Shown here: one piece after another, positions 17,455 to 26,504 of the stretch | Numbering within the stretch: the first letter of the stretch is position 1 | Layout: the number at the start of each line of letters is the position of its first letter | Origin: Candidatus Lloydbacteria bacterium | GTDB lineage: Bacteria; Patescibacteriota; Minisyncoccia; Phycocordibacterales; UBA6899 | NCBI GenBank assembly: GCA_043744595.1 | Contig: JAYTVK010000075.1 | Coordinates: forward strand, 1 to 60,096 | Length of the DNA stretch: 60,096 bases | Direction of reading: 5' to 3' | Translations under genes and position numbers: made by a program | The notes under the pieces: model-generated | Databases searched by the model: none | Seen by the model: the letters and a program-made list of their open reading frames with translations, nothing else | Told to the model about the DNA's origin: nothing

Positions 17455-18684
17455 ATGACATCTGACAGCACCGTTACAAGAATACTCAGCAAGGTTCCCG
17501 AGATCACATTGTATTTCTGGATCATCAAGATCTTGTGTACGACGGTAGGGGAGACCGCCGCGGATTTCTTGAACGTCAATTTAAATGCCGGTCTTACGGT
17601 CACATCGATCGTGACCGGTGTACTGCTTGCTGTCGTGATGATCTTTCAATTCAAAGCGAATAAGTATATTCCAAGTATCTACTGGCTGACGGTCGGGCTC
17701 GTCAGTGTATTTGGAACACTTGTGACCGACAACCTGACCGACAAGGCAGGGCTTCCGCTTGAGGCAAGTACGACCATCTTTGCGACGCTGCTTGGTCTTA
17801 CATTCTTGCTCTGGTATGTGAGTGAAAAGACGCTGTCTATCCACTCGATATTCACCCGGCGCCGAGAAGCATTCTATTGGCTTACGATACTTTTCACTTT
17901 TGCACTTGGCACGGCGTCCGGCGACCTTTTTGCAGAGGGCCTCGGACTCGGGTATCTCCTCACGGGAGTACTTGTTGCAGGCATCATTGCGATAACTGCA
18001 GTCCTCTGGAGAAGCAAAATGAATTCGATTCTTTCATTTTGGATCATTTATATCATGACACGTCCGCTCGGAGCTTCGATAGGTGACTTTCTCTCTCAGC
18101 CGAAAACTCATGGAGGATTGGGTCTTGGAGCATCGCTGACGAGTTTCATCTTCGTCGGAGGTATTCTTGCAATTGTGACCTATCTTTCGCTCACAAAACG
18201 AGACGTTATTACAGCTGCCGCTGCTAAACATACTGACGAGTCACGAGAGAAGGGTGGATTATGGCAGACCGCAGTTGTGCTCGCACTCTTTCTTGTCGTC
18301 GGTGGAACTGGATACAATATCTTACACGCCAAAATCCAAGCGGAAATCTCAACTCCTACAGTTGTGACGACAAATGGAACACTGGGAACTACAACGCAGT
18401 CGACATTCGCTTCGCCACTTGGCGACCTTTCGTTATTTCGCACCATTACACAAGACACACTTGATAAACTCTCAGCGGGAGATCAGTCCGGTGCCACGAC
18501 CCGCATTAGTGACCTTGAATATGCATGGGACCAGGCAGATCCGGTACTGAAAGCGAAGAATGGCCCCGAATGGACCAAAATAGACAAGAAGATAGACACC
18601 GTACTTCGAGAACTAAGAGCAGTCAGCCCAAATCTGGCAACAGAAAAGTCGGCGCTCATGGCACTACTTCAGGTACTCAACTGA
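17455..18684 (+). CDS. Polytopic membrane protein with internal repeat (COG4705-like) plus a helical C-domain
   Basis: Repeated WIIKILCTTVGETAADFL and FWIIYIMTRPLGASIGDFL motifs. Soluble helical C-terminus. Confidence 0.55.
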   Translation: MTSDSTVTRILSKVPEITLYFWIIKILCTTVGETAADFLNVNLNAGLTVTSIVTGVLLAVVMIFQFKANKYIPSIYWLTVGLVSVFGTLVTDNLTDKAGLPLEASTTIFATLLGLTFLLWYVSEKTLSIHSIFTRRREAFYWLTILFTFALGTASGDLFAEGLGLGYLLTGVLVAGIIAITAVLWRSKMNSILSFWIIYIMTRPLGASIGDFLSQPKTHGGLGLGASLTSFIFVGGILAIVTYLSLTKRDVITAAAAKHTDESREKGGLWQTAVVLALFLVVGGTGYNILHAKIQAEISTPTVVTTNGTLGTTTQSTFASPLGDLSLFRTITQDTLDKLSAGDQSGATTRISDLEYAWDQADPVLKAKNGPEWTKIDKKIDTVLRELRAVSPNLATEKSALMALLQVLN

Positions 18685-18717
18685 CAGGTGCCCAAGGAGG
18701 AGAAAATTACTGAAACG

Positions 18718-18733
18718 TTGCTAAATTTAGCAA
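18718..18733. promoter_or_regulatory. Perfect 16-bp palindrome overlapping a -35 element
   Basis: TTGCTAAATTTAGCAA. TTGCTA is followed by a 17-nt spacer and then TATTGT upstream of the small ORF. Confidence 0.4.
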
Positions 18734-18754
18734 TCTGTGGTATTGTCAATGCAT

Positions 18755-18988
18755 ATGAATACCCTCAAGAAACCTGAGAAGGAAACCCACTCAAGCCTCC
18801 TGGAAATATCGCTTGCGGAGTTTTTGGCATCCTATAACAAGAATATGCCGGAAAGCTTCCCACGCGTTACCACCGCATTACTCTTACGCTTCAAGGAGCT
18901 CCATCCCGCACTCTTTAAGAAAGGTGACGCCTGGACCCTCGACCAACATCGCAAGAAAGTATTCGAGTGGCTACCTCGTAACGGCTAG
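18755..18988 (+). CDS. Small hypothetical protein
   Basis: Intact ORF downstream of the promoter-like element. Alternative starts at 18737 (GTG) and 18749. No family recognised. Confidence 0.4.
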   Translation: MNTLKKPEKETHSSLLEISLAEFLASYNKNMPESFPRVTTALLLRFKELHPALFKKGDAWTLDQHRKKVFEWLPRNG

Positions 18989-19023
18989 CAAGAAAGTTTT
19001 TGCTGTATAATAGCCTCATCACT

Positions 19024-19605
19024 ATGATGTCTATTTCTCCTTACACTGAACTCGCATATATCGCATGGGCGGTACTCATCATCATTTGGGTGGCTGAGGC
19101 ATTTGGTAATAAGAAAACTGCTTCCGTCTCACATAAGGGCGAGCAGGTAGTAGTGTTCGTGTTCATGAGTATTGGTTTTGGGCTGATGTTCGATCAGCAA
19201 CCACTGCCATGGGGACTCTCTTCTTTTGTCATGCATCCGCAGGTCCAGAGTAATTTGCTTGGAGACATTCTCGCACTCTCGGGTGTTGTGTTCGCTATTT
19301 GGGCAAGATTCGCACTTGGTAAAAACTGGAGCGGGGCAGTGGTCACCATCAAGAAAGATCATAAGCTCGTCGAAAGCGGACCGTATGCGTATGTGCGCCA
19401 TCCTATCTATGCAGGATTTCTCACTGCGGCCGTCGGTACCGCTCTCACCATCGGCACATTCGCGAGCTTTCTCGCACTCGTATTTCTTTTTACGGTATTC
19501 ACTATGCGCATCAGGCGCGAAGAAGCGATGATGATCGCACATTTTCCCGAAGAATATCCCGGATACATGACTCGGACAAAAGCGCTTATTCCGTACCTTT
19601 TTTAA
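19024..19605 (+). CDS. Isoprenylcysteine carboxyl methyltransferase (ICMT/PEMT) family membrane methyltransferase
   Basis: GPYAYVRHPIYAGFL motif, 4-5 TM segments. ATG 19024 is preferred over TTG 19000 because a TATAAT lies at 19006-19011. Confidence 0.7.
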   Translation: MMSISPYTELAYIAWAVLIIIWVAEAFGNKKTASVSHKGEQVVVFVFMSIGFGLMFDQQPLPWGLSSFVMHPQVQSNLLGDILALSGVVFAIWARFALGKNWSGAVVTIKKDHKLVESGPYAYVRHPIYAGFLTAAVGTALTIGTFASFLALVFLFTVFTMRIRREEAMMIAHFPEEYPGYMTRTKALIPYLF

Positions 19606-19616
19606 TAGAGGGAGCA

Positions 19617-19904
19617 ATGAAAATCGCATTCAAAGCGAAAGTCTGGATATATCCGGGTGGAGGCACCTGGCATTTTGTGACGATAAGTAAGATGGACGGC
19701 CTCAAGGTAAAAAAACATCAAGAAGGGAAACTGCGACGCGGTTGGGGAGCAGTCAAAGTAGAAGTGCGACTCGGCAAGAGCAAGTGGACCACTTCGATGT
19801 TCCCGGTCAAAGACGGGACCTATATTTTGCCGATAAAGTTGGAGATAAGAAAAAAAGAGGGTGTGTTTGATACTGACATTGTACGCATCGTAATTGATCT
19901 ATAA
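19617..19904 (+). CDS. DUF1905 domain protein
   Basis: KVWIYPGGGTWHFVTISK and a C-terminal beta pattern typical of DUF1905. Confidence 0.55.
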   Translation: MKIAFKAKVWIYPGGGTWHFVTISKMDGLKVKKHQEGKLRRGWGAVKVEVRLGKSKWTTSMFPVKDGTYILPIKLEIRKKEGVFDTDIVRIVIDL

Positions 19905-19934
19905 AAAAACGAAGCCATCATCAGATGGCTTCTT
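19903..19934. terminator. Bidirectional intrinsic terminator between convergent genes
   Basis: gaagccatc-atca-gatggcttc (19911-19932), flanked by an A-run upstream and TT downstream. Confidence 0.65.
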
Positions 19935-19961
19935 GAGTAGCACGTATGCCGACGTCAGGCT

Positions 19962-20300
19962 TCAGTGCAACGGATTGAATCCGTCATTGCGGATTGAGTC
20001 GAGAAACTCCACTCCATTCGGTGACAGAACGTAAGCAAGTGACTTGCATCCTCTCGGCTTCGGTTGACGCCGCAGGTACTTTTTGCCGACAGCTTCCTTG
20101 AACAGCTCGGGTGCGACCGGTGTTTGCTCGGTCACGACCTCATTGCCGTCGCCGTCATCGAATGACTCGGTGACGTAGGAGTCCTCTGGTTTGCTGGAGA
20201 ACAGTGATGCAGCGATCCTACCCACGGACGGGTCTTCAGGGATCAGGGAATCGAGCAGGATGAACATGTCGGTGATAGGCGGGTTTTTCACTTCTCGCAC
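19962..20300 (-). CDS. Acidic hypothetical protein, GC-rich, GTG start
   Basis: SD GGAGA upstream of the GTG at 20300. Intact 112-aa ORF. No family recognised. Confidence 0.5.
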   Translation of the reverse strand: MREVKNPPITDMFILLDSLIPEDPSVGRIAASLFSSKPEDSYVTESFDDGDGNEVVTEQTPVAPELFKEAVGKKYLRRQPKPRGCKSLAYVLSPNGVEFLDSIRNDGFNPLH

Positions 20301-20374
20301 GGTTGTCTCCTTCGGGTTGACTCAAATCATGGTGACATTACTACAAATGTTTGTCAAACAAAGTGAGGGTCCTA

Positions 20375-21073
20375 TCAGTTTGCAGGTGCCGGTTCGTGGC
20401 TCACACCATAGGCATGAAATTCGCCATTGATACTTTCGCCGAATATCACGACCGGGGAGTCAGTCGAACTATCGTTATCCGGCATGGTTGTCTCGATGTC
20501 GATATGTACCGGTCCTCCGTCTTGTCTCAAAATAGTCATGGTGCCTGATGCGGTGCGGATGATCTGACCGCGAAAAAAATGCGACGGTCTTCCGAACGGT
20601 GGCTGTGCGAACGTATCATAGATGGGAATGCCGTGTGAGTTGGAGAAGCTGCGTATCTGAGGGTGAATGTCGTCGAGATCTGCGATGACCGAAGCAAGTG
20701 TGAGGATGACGACAAGTGCGCTCATGCTGTAGAGGAGCGGTCGCTTGTAGACGAAGCGATAGCGGCGCAGGAGCTCTTCGAGGACTGCAAGAAATACTAG
20801 TGATCCGATCACGAGGAGCCACGGGAAGGACAGGAGAAATTCGCTCCATCCGCGATATCCGAAGCGCGGAGCGAATGTGAGTCCGGACTGGCGTACTTCA
20901 AAGATCACGAGACTGGTGAGGTAGATCGCCGCAAGGAAAACACAGATAGCAGCAAGTATCGAAAGCGTGGTCCCGAGTGAAAAGTGCCACTTGGGGCGCA
21001 TATGCATACCCCTCGCGCGGATCTCAGCGAGGATGCTTTCACTTGTCGGTTGTTGGTTGGGTGTCTGTGTCAT
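20375..21073 (-). CDS. 3-TM membrane protein partnered with an ECF sigma factor (putative anti-sigma/sensor)
   Basis: ATGA overlap with the sigma gene. Same architecture as 15658..16368: short cytoplasmic N-terminus, 3 TM, Y-R-x-x-x-[KW]-[RP]-[PL]-L after TM2, beta-rich C-domain. Confidence 0.55.
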   Translation of the reverse strand: MTQTPNQQPTSESILAEIRARGMHMRPKWHFSLGTTLSILAAICVFLAAIYLTSLVIFEVRQSGLTFAPRFGYRGWSEFLLSFPWLLVIGSLVFLAVLEELLRRYRFVYKRPLLYSMSALVVILTLASVIADLDDIHPQIRSFSNSHGIPIYDTFAQPPFGRPSHFFRGQIIRTASGTMTILRQDGGPVHIDIETTMPDNDSSTDSPVVIFGESINGEFHAYGVSHEPAPAN

Positions 21074-21678
21074 GTTGCTGTCTTTATCTCACTCATCTTC
21101 TGCGTTCGCTCTTTTTCTGACTGTTCCTTGTCTTCCTTTTCCATCATCTCGCGCACGAGCTTCTTGCCTCTCGATATCCTCACTCCCACGGTCGCTATCG
21201 GTATCTTGAGGATGTCAGCTATCTCGTTATATGCGAATTCATCATAGAAGTAGAGGTAGATGGGTTCGCGGTACTTTGCATCGAGCTTCGAGAGGTATTT
21301 ATCTATCATCTCTTTTGACTCTGCCCGCAGTGCGTCCGCATCTGCGGTCTCAGGAGCGGCGATGGTCGGGAAAATAGTGTCAGGATCGAGGAACGAGAGG
21401 GATATCCTGCGCCGTTTCTTGAGTGCGGTAACGAATTCATTGTGCGCAATGCGGTATATCCAAGGCGAAAATTTCCGTTCCTTATCGAAGGAGCGGATGT
21501 TCTCGAACGATTTGAGGAACACGTCTTGGAGGAGATCCTCCGCATCGGTCTTGTCAAAAAGGAATTTCTTGGCGTAACGGGCGAGTTTAGGGGAAAAGCG
21601 TTCGACAATGACGCCGAATGCCTCGATATCGCCGCTTTGTACGGCCATCGCTACCTGTTCATCTGTTCGCTCATCCAT
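21070..21678 (-). CDS. ECF-type RNA polymerase sigma factor
   Basis: Region 2 (FSPWIYRIAHNEFVTALKK) and region 4 (YNEIADILKIPIATVGVRISRGKKLV). Confidence 0.85.
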   Translation of the reverse strand: MDERTDEQVAMAVQSGDIEAFGVIVERFSPKLARYAKKFLFDKTDAEDLLQDVFLKSFENIRSFDKERKFSPWIYRIAHNEFVTALKKRRRISLSFLDPDTIFPTIAAPETADADALRAESKEMIDKYLSKLDAKYREPIYLYFYDEFAYNEIADILKIPIATVGVRISRGKKLVREMMEKEDKEQSEKERTQKMSEIKTAT

Positions 21679-21697
21679 GATTGATATCTCGACACAT

Positions 21698-21728
21698 ATT
21701 ACTACACTCGAACAGCGAAATTATTTCA
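21698..21728 (-). promoter_or_regulatory. Promoter-like motif TGAAAT-N16-TGTAGTAAT upstream of the sigma gene
   Basis: Read on the minus strand. It shares TGAAAT-N16-nGTAGTA with the divergent element at 21819-21849. Confidence 0.3.
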
Positions 21729-21818
21729 CTATTTGGGGTATACAAGGTCTCTTATAAAGATATATACGCGCTGCAGGAGGTTTTTGGTGCGTCTGTTGTT
21801 TTATACAAAGTGATCAAA

Positions 21819-21849
21819 TGAAATAAATAGTTCGGAGCGTCGTAGTAGT
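21819..21849 (+). promoter_or_regulatory. Promoter-like motif TGAAAT-N16-CGTAGTAGT upstream of the DUF5666 gene
   Basis: Same hexamer and spacing as the element on the opposite strand. Confidence 0.3.
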
Positions 21850-21915
21850 TGATGTGAGCCGTTCCTTTATGGAGCCAAAGCTCACGCCGGCGTATTAACA
21901 ACTAAGCGAACCGTT

Positions 21916-22617
21916 ATGACAAAGAAGAAAAATCTTAACAAGACAATCGTTACGTTTCTCGGAATTGCGACGCTCGGTGCGGGTGCAGGAGCTGCGGCAA
22001 TAGCCAGTGCAGCGACCGCCCCGGCAAACACTGTGCCAACAACACAAAACGCCGGTAAGGGTATGGGGTTAGGCCGCCGAGGGCCGCCCGGGATCATCGG
22101 TACCGTCACTCTGGTGAACGGGATGAGTATCACGGTCAAAGATAGGAGCGGTTCGGATTATTCCGTCGACCTCACGAGTGCGAAAATTACGAAGAATGTC
22201 GGTGGCACAGCGCCCACGACCATTACTGCAACAGATATCAACATAGGCGACACCATCGGTGTACGCGGTCAAATCTCAGGCAGTTCGGTCACGGCAACTT
22301 TCGCAATGGACGGCATCTCGCTTACAATTCCCGATGCAGCTCCCGTGGGAGACAAAAGTGAAAATAAGCAGAGTGGGTTCGGCGGACATCGTGGCCCGGG
22401 TCTGTCTGGGAAAGTAAGTGCCGTCTCAGGCACTACTGTGACCATAACTGCAGCCGACGGTACGACCTATACTGTCGATGCAGCCAGTGCCAAACTCTCC
22501 AAACTTCAAACTATCACTACCTCCGACCTGGTAGTGGGTGATGAAGTAGGAGTCAGGGGTTCTATATCAGGTACATCAGTCACTGCGACCGACATCATGG
22601 ATGGACTATCCAGATAG
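21916..22617 (+). CDS. Secreted protein with two DUF5666-like repeats
   Basis: Signal peptide, then two copies of G-x-V-x-x-V-x-G-x-x-[IV]-T-[IV] ... D-x-x-x-A-K ... GD-x-[IV]-GVRG-x-ISG-[ST]-SVTAT-x-x-MDG. Confidence 0.65.
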   Translation: MTKKKNLNKTIVTFLGIATLGAGAGAAAIASAATAPANTVPTTQNAGKGMGLGRRGPPGIIGTVTLVNGMSITVKDRSGSDYSVDLTSAKITKNVGGTAPTTITATDINIGDTIGVRGQISGSSVTATFAMDGISLTIPDAAPVGDKSENKQSGFGGHRGPGLSGKVSAVSGTTVTITAADGTTYTVDAASAKLSKLQTITTSDLVVGDEVGVRGSISGTSVTATDIMDGLSR

Positions 22618-22698
22618 TCACTCCATGAGTCACCAAAATAGTTCTTTCTCAGTTCTTTGTTTCTCCAAAATTAAAGTTAAAAAGCTCCAAACTCCAGC

Positions 22699-22727
22699 AA
22701 AAGGACCCGCACGACACGGGTCCTTTT
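22699..22727 (+). terminator. Intrinsic terminator
   Basis: aaaaggacccg-cacgaca-cgggtcctttt. Confidence 0.6.
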
Positions 22728-22793
22728 GCGTATCGAGTGAGTAACTCTTCCAAACATAGAGTCCTGTACGATATACTGTTGTTTGTAACGCTC

Positions 22794-24155
22794 ATGAAAA
22801 ACACACTCGTCATAGGTATCGTTTCACTCATAATAATTTCCGGCCTGGCGATCTTGTGGGCTGTCGAGGGTGCAAAGCCGAGTGTGCCGGCACAAGAGGG
22901 CTCGCACGTATCTTCTGTGTCTTCGGGGTTTGGAATGAAACTTCTCCCCACCGAGATCTCGACGACAACAGTGATAAGCACACCAAGCGTGCCTGAAGTA
23001 AGCACGCCTGCGACAACCACACCACCTCTCGCTACGACGACACCTGCGATATCTATTCTCCCTGCTCAGCAAAAAACAACTACGACAGTGAAGACTGCGG
23101 AGGAACTACGTGCAGTCTCATTCGATCAATTACTTGCGATGGCGGGAGATACCTATGCCAGCGGTGAGCTTCCGCTTGGTGATAATAAATATGTCACCTC
23201 AGCACCGAAGAAAGGCTACATCTATCTGTGCAATGCACATTCAGATAATTTTGGGGCACAAGCGAACGGTAGCTGGATACACGGCAGCACCTGGAACATT
23301 CTCGAAAAAACTGCGGTCGAAGGGAGTGTCTCGTGGCCTACTGCGACATTCGCAGAGAAGCTGATGGGATCACTGCGTGAGCTTTCCGGAAATGGACTTC
23401 CGGTCGGACATACGACAGGCAATTTTCCTATCGCATCGACTGACCCCGCGTATCAAGTGGACCGCAATCCTAATTCAATAAAAACTCATACGCTCTCAGT
23501 GAACATTGCCGCGAATCCGGTGTATTCAGATACTCCGACTTGTACCGGAGGGGGAGAAGTCGGAGTCATGCTGACCGGTGTGCCATTATTCAACGGCTTC
23601 GATGCGGGACTGCGAGACGCGGCAGCACATGAGATGCAAGATTCATGTAGCGGGCATCCGCAAGAGAGCGGTGAGTACCACTATCATAGTATGAGCAACT
23701 GTTTCAAAGACAAAAGCATTACCACGATCCTTGGGTACGCGCTCGACGGATTTCCCATCACCGGACCCACGGTCGCAAAAAATAAATATCTCACCACCGC
23801 AGACCTCGATGTCTGCCATGGCATCACTTCAAATGTCATGAAGGATGGTAAAAGTGTGCTGACCTATCATTATGTGATGACGGAGGACTTCCCGTATTCG
23901 ATATCGTGCTTCAGAGGAAAACCTGTCACCGTGAGCCCGGGAAGTGCCGCAGGAGGCTCAAAAACGACTCAGGGAGCGGCGTCTTCAGGAGGAGGTCAAA
24001 CACCCCCGCAAGAGGCCATAAGTGCATGTACCGGCAAAACAACCGGGGCCTCGTGTTCTTTTACAAGTCAAAGAGGTGACAGTATCTCGGGCACATGCGG
24101 TACGCCTCCGAATTCGTCGCTCGCATGCATGCCCGCAGGTGGTCCTCCACACTAA
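22794..24155 (+). CDS. Membrane-anchored YHYH domain protein
   Basis: Start at MKNTLVIG (anchor). Thr/Pro linker. C-domain with GEYHYHS, GYALDGFPITGP, LDVCHG and YHYVMT. Confidence 0.65.
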   Translation: MKNTLVIGIVSLIIISGLAILWAVEGAKPSVPAQEGSHVSSVSSGFGMKLLPTEISTTTVISTPSVPEVSTPATTTPPLATTTPAISILPAQQKTTTTVKTAEELRAVSFDQLLAMAGDTYASGELPLGDNKYVTSAPKKGYIYLCNAHSDNFGAQANGSWIHGSTWNILEKTAVEGSVSWPTATFAEKLMGSLRELSGNGLPVGHTTGNFPIASTDPAYQVDRNPNSIKTHTLSVNIAANPVYSDTPTCTGGGEVGVMLTGVPLFNGFDAGLRDAAAHEMQDSCSGHPQESGEYHYHSMSNCFKDKSITTILGYALDGFPITGPTVAKNKYLTTADLDVCHGITSNVMKDGKSVLTYHYVMTEDFPYSISCFRGKPVTVSPGSAAGGSKTTQGAASSGGGQTPPQEAISACTGKTTGASCSFTSQRGDSISGTCGTPPNSSLACMPAGGPPH

Positions 24156-24161
24156 ACCTTA

Positions 24162-25250
24162 CTAGACTTTGTAGACTCCGTTCTCGAAGATGGTCGTACC
24201 ATCTGCGGTTGTCTTCTCTACGACCGGGAATAGGTCGACGTGGTAGCGTGCCTTGTGGGTCGTGATGCCTTCTTTTTTGTATACGCTGTGCTTTTCTCCC
24301 ATTGAAAGATGCATACCAAGAATACGTTCGAATGCGGTCACATCTTCCGGATAACGCTCTTTTGTAATAGCGCGATTGAGTCCGAATCCTATCTCGCGGA
24401 TGATAGGGCGCTCATTGGTCCTGATCTCACTCACGATCGCCCCGAAATTCTCCGGCGCATTATCTGCCCATGAAACCACAACTCCTTCTTGTACATCCAC
24501 ACGGAACGGCTCATGCATATTCACACTGAAGTCGCTTCCTGCGAACGCGTAGACATAAAACGAACCGTTCATTTTTGAGAAGTCGAGACTCTCGGTGAAT
24601 ACTTCACCGATAGGGAAGGTGCCGCCGATATTCTCCATGCCGGTATAATCGCCGAGATTAGGTTTTGGGGACTCGAGTCCGCCGGTGACAGTGAGAGTGC
24701 TATCCATGCCGGAGATGACAAGCGTGTCCGTAGTCGCAAGTTTTCCTTGGAGGCGTCTCCCAAGTCCGCGGTACCAGTCGGGGTCATACGCGAGTGCGTC
24801 AATGTACACGTCCCACACCTCTCTACTATTGCGGTAGAGGTGATTGTGTTCGATGACTTTGAACTTTTGCTTGAAAAGGTGCAGTCGGATGCGAAAATCG
24901 TCGAGTCTGAAATTAGAGGTCTGAATGAGTACCACAAGGTCTCCCGCTTTCATGCTATCGATGGCGGCAATGGTCTCTTCCTTGCTCTTCATGGTACTAA
25001 AATCAAGGAATGTAGCCTCAGGGAGCGCCGCGCGATATGCCTCAGTGAGGATATTGGTCAGATCATTTTCTGTATCGTATATCACGAGTGCTCCTTCTCC
25101 AGGCTTGTGCTCTATAGCCTTTGCGATGATATCAGCAACATTTTTGGTGGCGCGCAGAAGAAGTTCTTCTCTGGAATGTCTTCCCGGATCCTTTTGCGTA
25201 TGTTGATGCTGATTTTCCTGCCTGTCTTTTATGGCTTTCATGTCTTCCAT
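24162..25250 (-). CDS. M29-like (aminopeptidase T family) protein
   Basis: NIGGTFPIGEVFT...MNGSFYV resembles the M29 N-[IL]-P-x-G-E-V-F...V-N-G core. Start taken at MEDMKAIK. Motif recall only. Confidence 0.4.
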   Translation of the reverse strand: MEDMKAIKDRQENQHQHTQKDPGRHSREELLLRATKNVADIIAKAIEHKPGEGALVIYDTENDLTNILTEAYRAALPEATFLDFSTMKSKEETIAAIDSMKAGDLVVLIQTSNFRLDDFRIRLHLFKQKFKVIEHNHLYRNSREVWDVYIDALAYDPDWYRGLGRRLQGKLATTDTLVISGMDSTLTVTGGLESPKPNLGDYTGMENIGGTFPIGEVFTESLDFSKMNGSFYVYAFAGSDFSVNMHEPFRVDVQEGVVVSWADNAPENFGAIVSEIRTNERPIIREIGFGLNRAITKERYPEDVTAFERILGMHLSMGEKHSVYKKEGITTHKARYHVDLFPVVEKTTADGTTIFENGVYKV

Positions 25251-25340
25251 GACATAGAGCGTACCGCGAAATACCGAAAAAACATAATCACAAGTCATTG
25301 TGGATATTCATATTCATGGGTGCGGTGCTATAATTGCTGC

Positions 25341-25877
25341 ATGAAAAAAGTACTGATCATCGCCATTGTCATCCCGATCATTCTTGTGGGAGCTATTTAT
25401 GTATTTGCAAAAATGGGCGTCGAGCGGGGTAGTGCCGTTGCGTGTACACAGGAAGCGCGCATATGTCCTGACGGATCGGCCGTCTCGCGTGGCGGTCCAA
25501 ATTGTGAATTCGCCGCATGTCCAAATACAGCATCGCCGACGCCAGCAGAGCCGGAGCCGACGCCCGGACAGAAAGTGACTCAGGTAGGGTTTGCGCAGAG
25601 CATTACCGACAACGACATCCGCATCACTCCACTTACGCTCGTCATGGACAACAGATGCCCAAAAGATGTGAACTGCATCCAAGCCGGGACGGTGACCATC
25701 ACACTCCAGATCAAAAAGGAAGGAGACACCAAAGAGGTCACACTTTCGCTCGGTGAGTCTACAGTGTTCGGAAGCAAACATATTCAGTTTGCCTCAGTAA
25801 GTCCGCAAAAATTTTCGAAAGTAGTGATAACTCCCGATCAGTATCGCTTCGAATTCTTGGTCACGACAGGAAAATAA
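25341..25877 (+). CDS. Membrane-anchored hypothetical protein (Cys-rich stalk plus beta domain)
   Basis: ATG 25341 lies downstream of a TATAAT at 25329-25334. Only this C-terminal third of ORF 24747..25877 is non-antisense. Motif CPDGSAVSRGGPNCEFAACP. Confidence 0.55.
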   Translation: MKKVLIIAIVIPIILVGAIYVFAKMGVERGSAVACTQEARICPDGSAVSRGGPNCEFAACPNTASPTPAEPEPTPGQKVTQVGFAQSITDNDIRITPLTLVMDNRCPKDVNCIQAGTVTITLQIKKEGDTKEVTLSLGESTVFGSKHIQFASVSPQKFSKVVITPDQYRFEFLVTTGK

Positions 25878-25917
25878 CTTCTTCTCTCATTTTATTACAG
25901 TACATAGTATTCTCAAC

Positions 25918-26472
25918 ATGAACATTAGGAGCCCTCATATCGCATCTGCCATCAAACGATCCATTCCGCTCGGATTTGCAATCACACTGGTATTCTTTTT
26001 TGTGTTCCTCATCATTCAACAAACTCTTCGTCTTGGCGCGAATGAACAAGTGGTGCAGATAGCACACGATGTTTCAGATGCACTCGGACAAGGTGCTCCT
26101 TATACTGCGTTCAATGCGCCCCACCCGGTAAATATTGCGAATAGTCTTTCGCCGTACGTCATTATCTTTGATCAAGAAGGGAAGATGCTTACCGGTAGCG
26201 GAGTACTCGACGGTGAAGTGCCGCGACCGCCGAAGGGAGTGTTTGACTATGTAAAACTGCATCAGGAAGAACGTGTGACATGGTCACCGAAGCCCGGTGT
26301 GCGCATTGCACTGGTCGGGGTATACCATAGTGGGGTAAATCCCGGCTTTGTATTCGCAGGTCGCTCACTCGCTGAGGTCGAGCGCCGCATAGGCACTATC
26401 ACACAGCTCACTGTACTTGCGTGGTTCGCGACACTCGTTGCGAGCTTCCTACTCTCCGCACTGTATTCGTAA
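25918..26472 (+). CDS. Hypothetical protein with N- and C-terminal TM segments
   Basis: Intact 184-aa ORF with 2 TM. No family recognised. Confidence 0.45.
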   Translation: MNIRSPHIASAIKRSIPLGFAITLVFFFVFLIIQQTLRLGANEQVVQIAHDVSDALGQGAPYTAFNAPHPVNIANSLSPYVIIFDQEGKMLTGSGVLDGEVPRPPKGVFDYVKLHQEERVTWSPKPGVRIALVGVYHSGVNPGFVFAGRSLAEVERRIGTITQLTVLAWFATLVASFLLSALYS

Positions 26473-26504
26473 GCTCTACGACTGTCATTTCTGTCATTAC
26501 CTGA

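Noticed and set aside
24747-25340. The N-terminal two-thirds of the 376-aa plus-strand ORF 24747..25877.
   Set aside because: It is entirely antisense to the well-supported M29-like gene (24162..25250) and has no motifs. Only the part after ATG 25341, which has its own TATAAT and a signal anchor, looks like a real gene.
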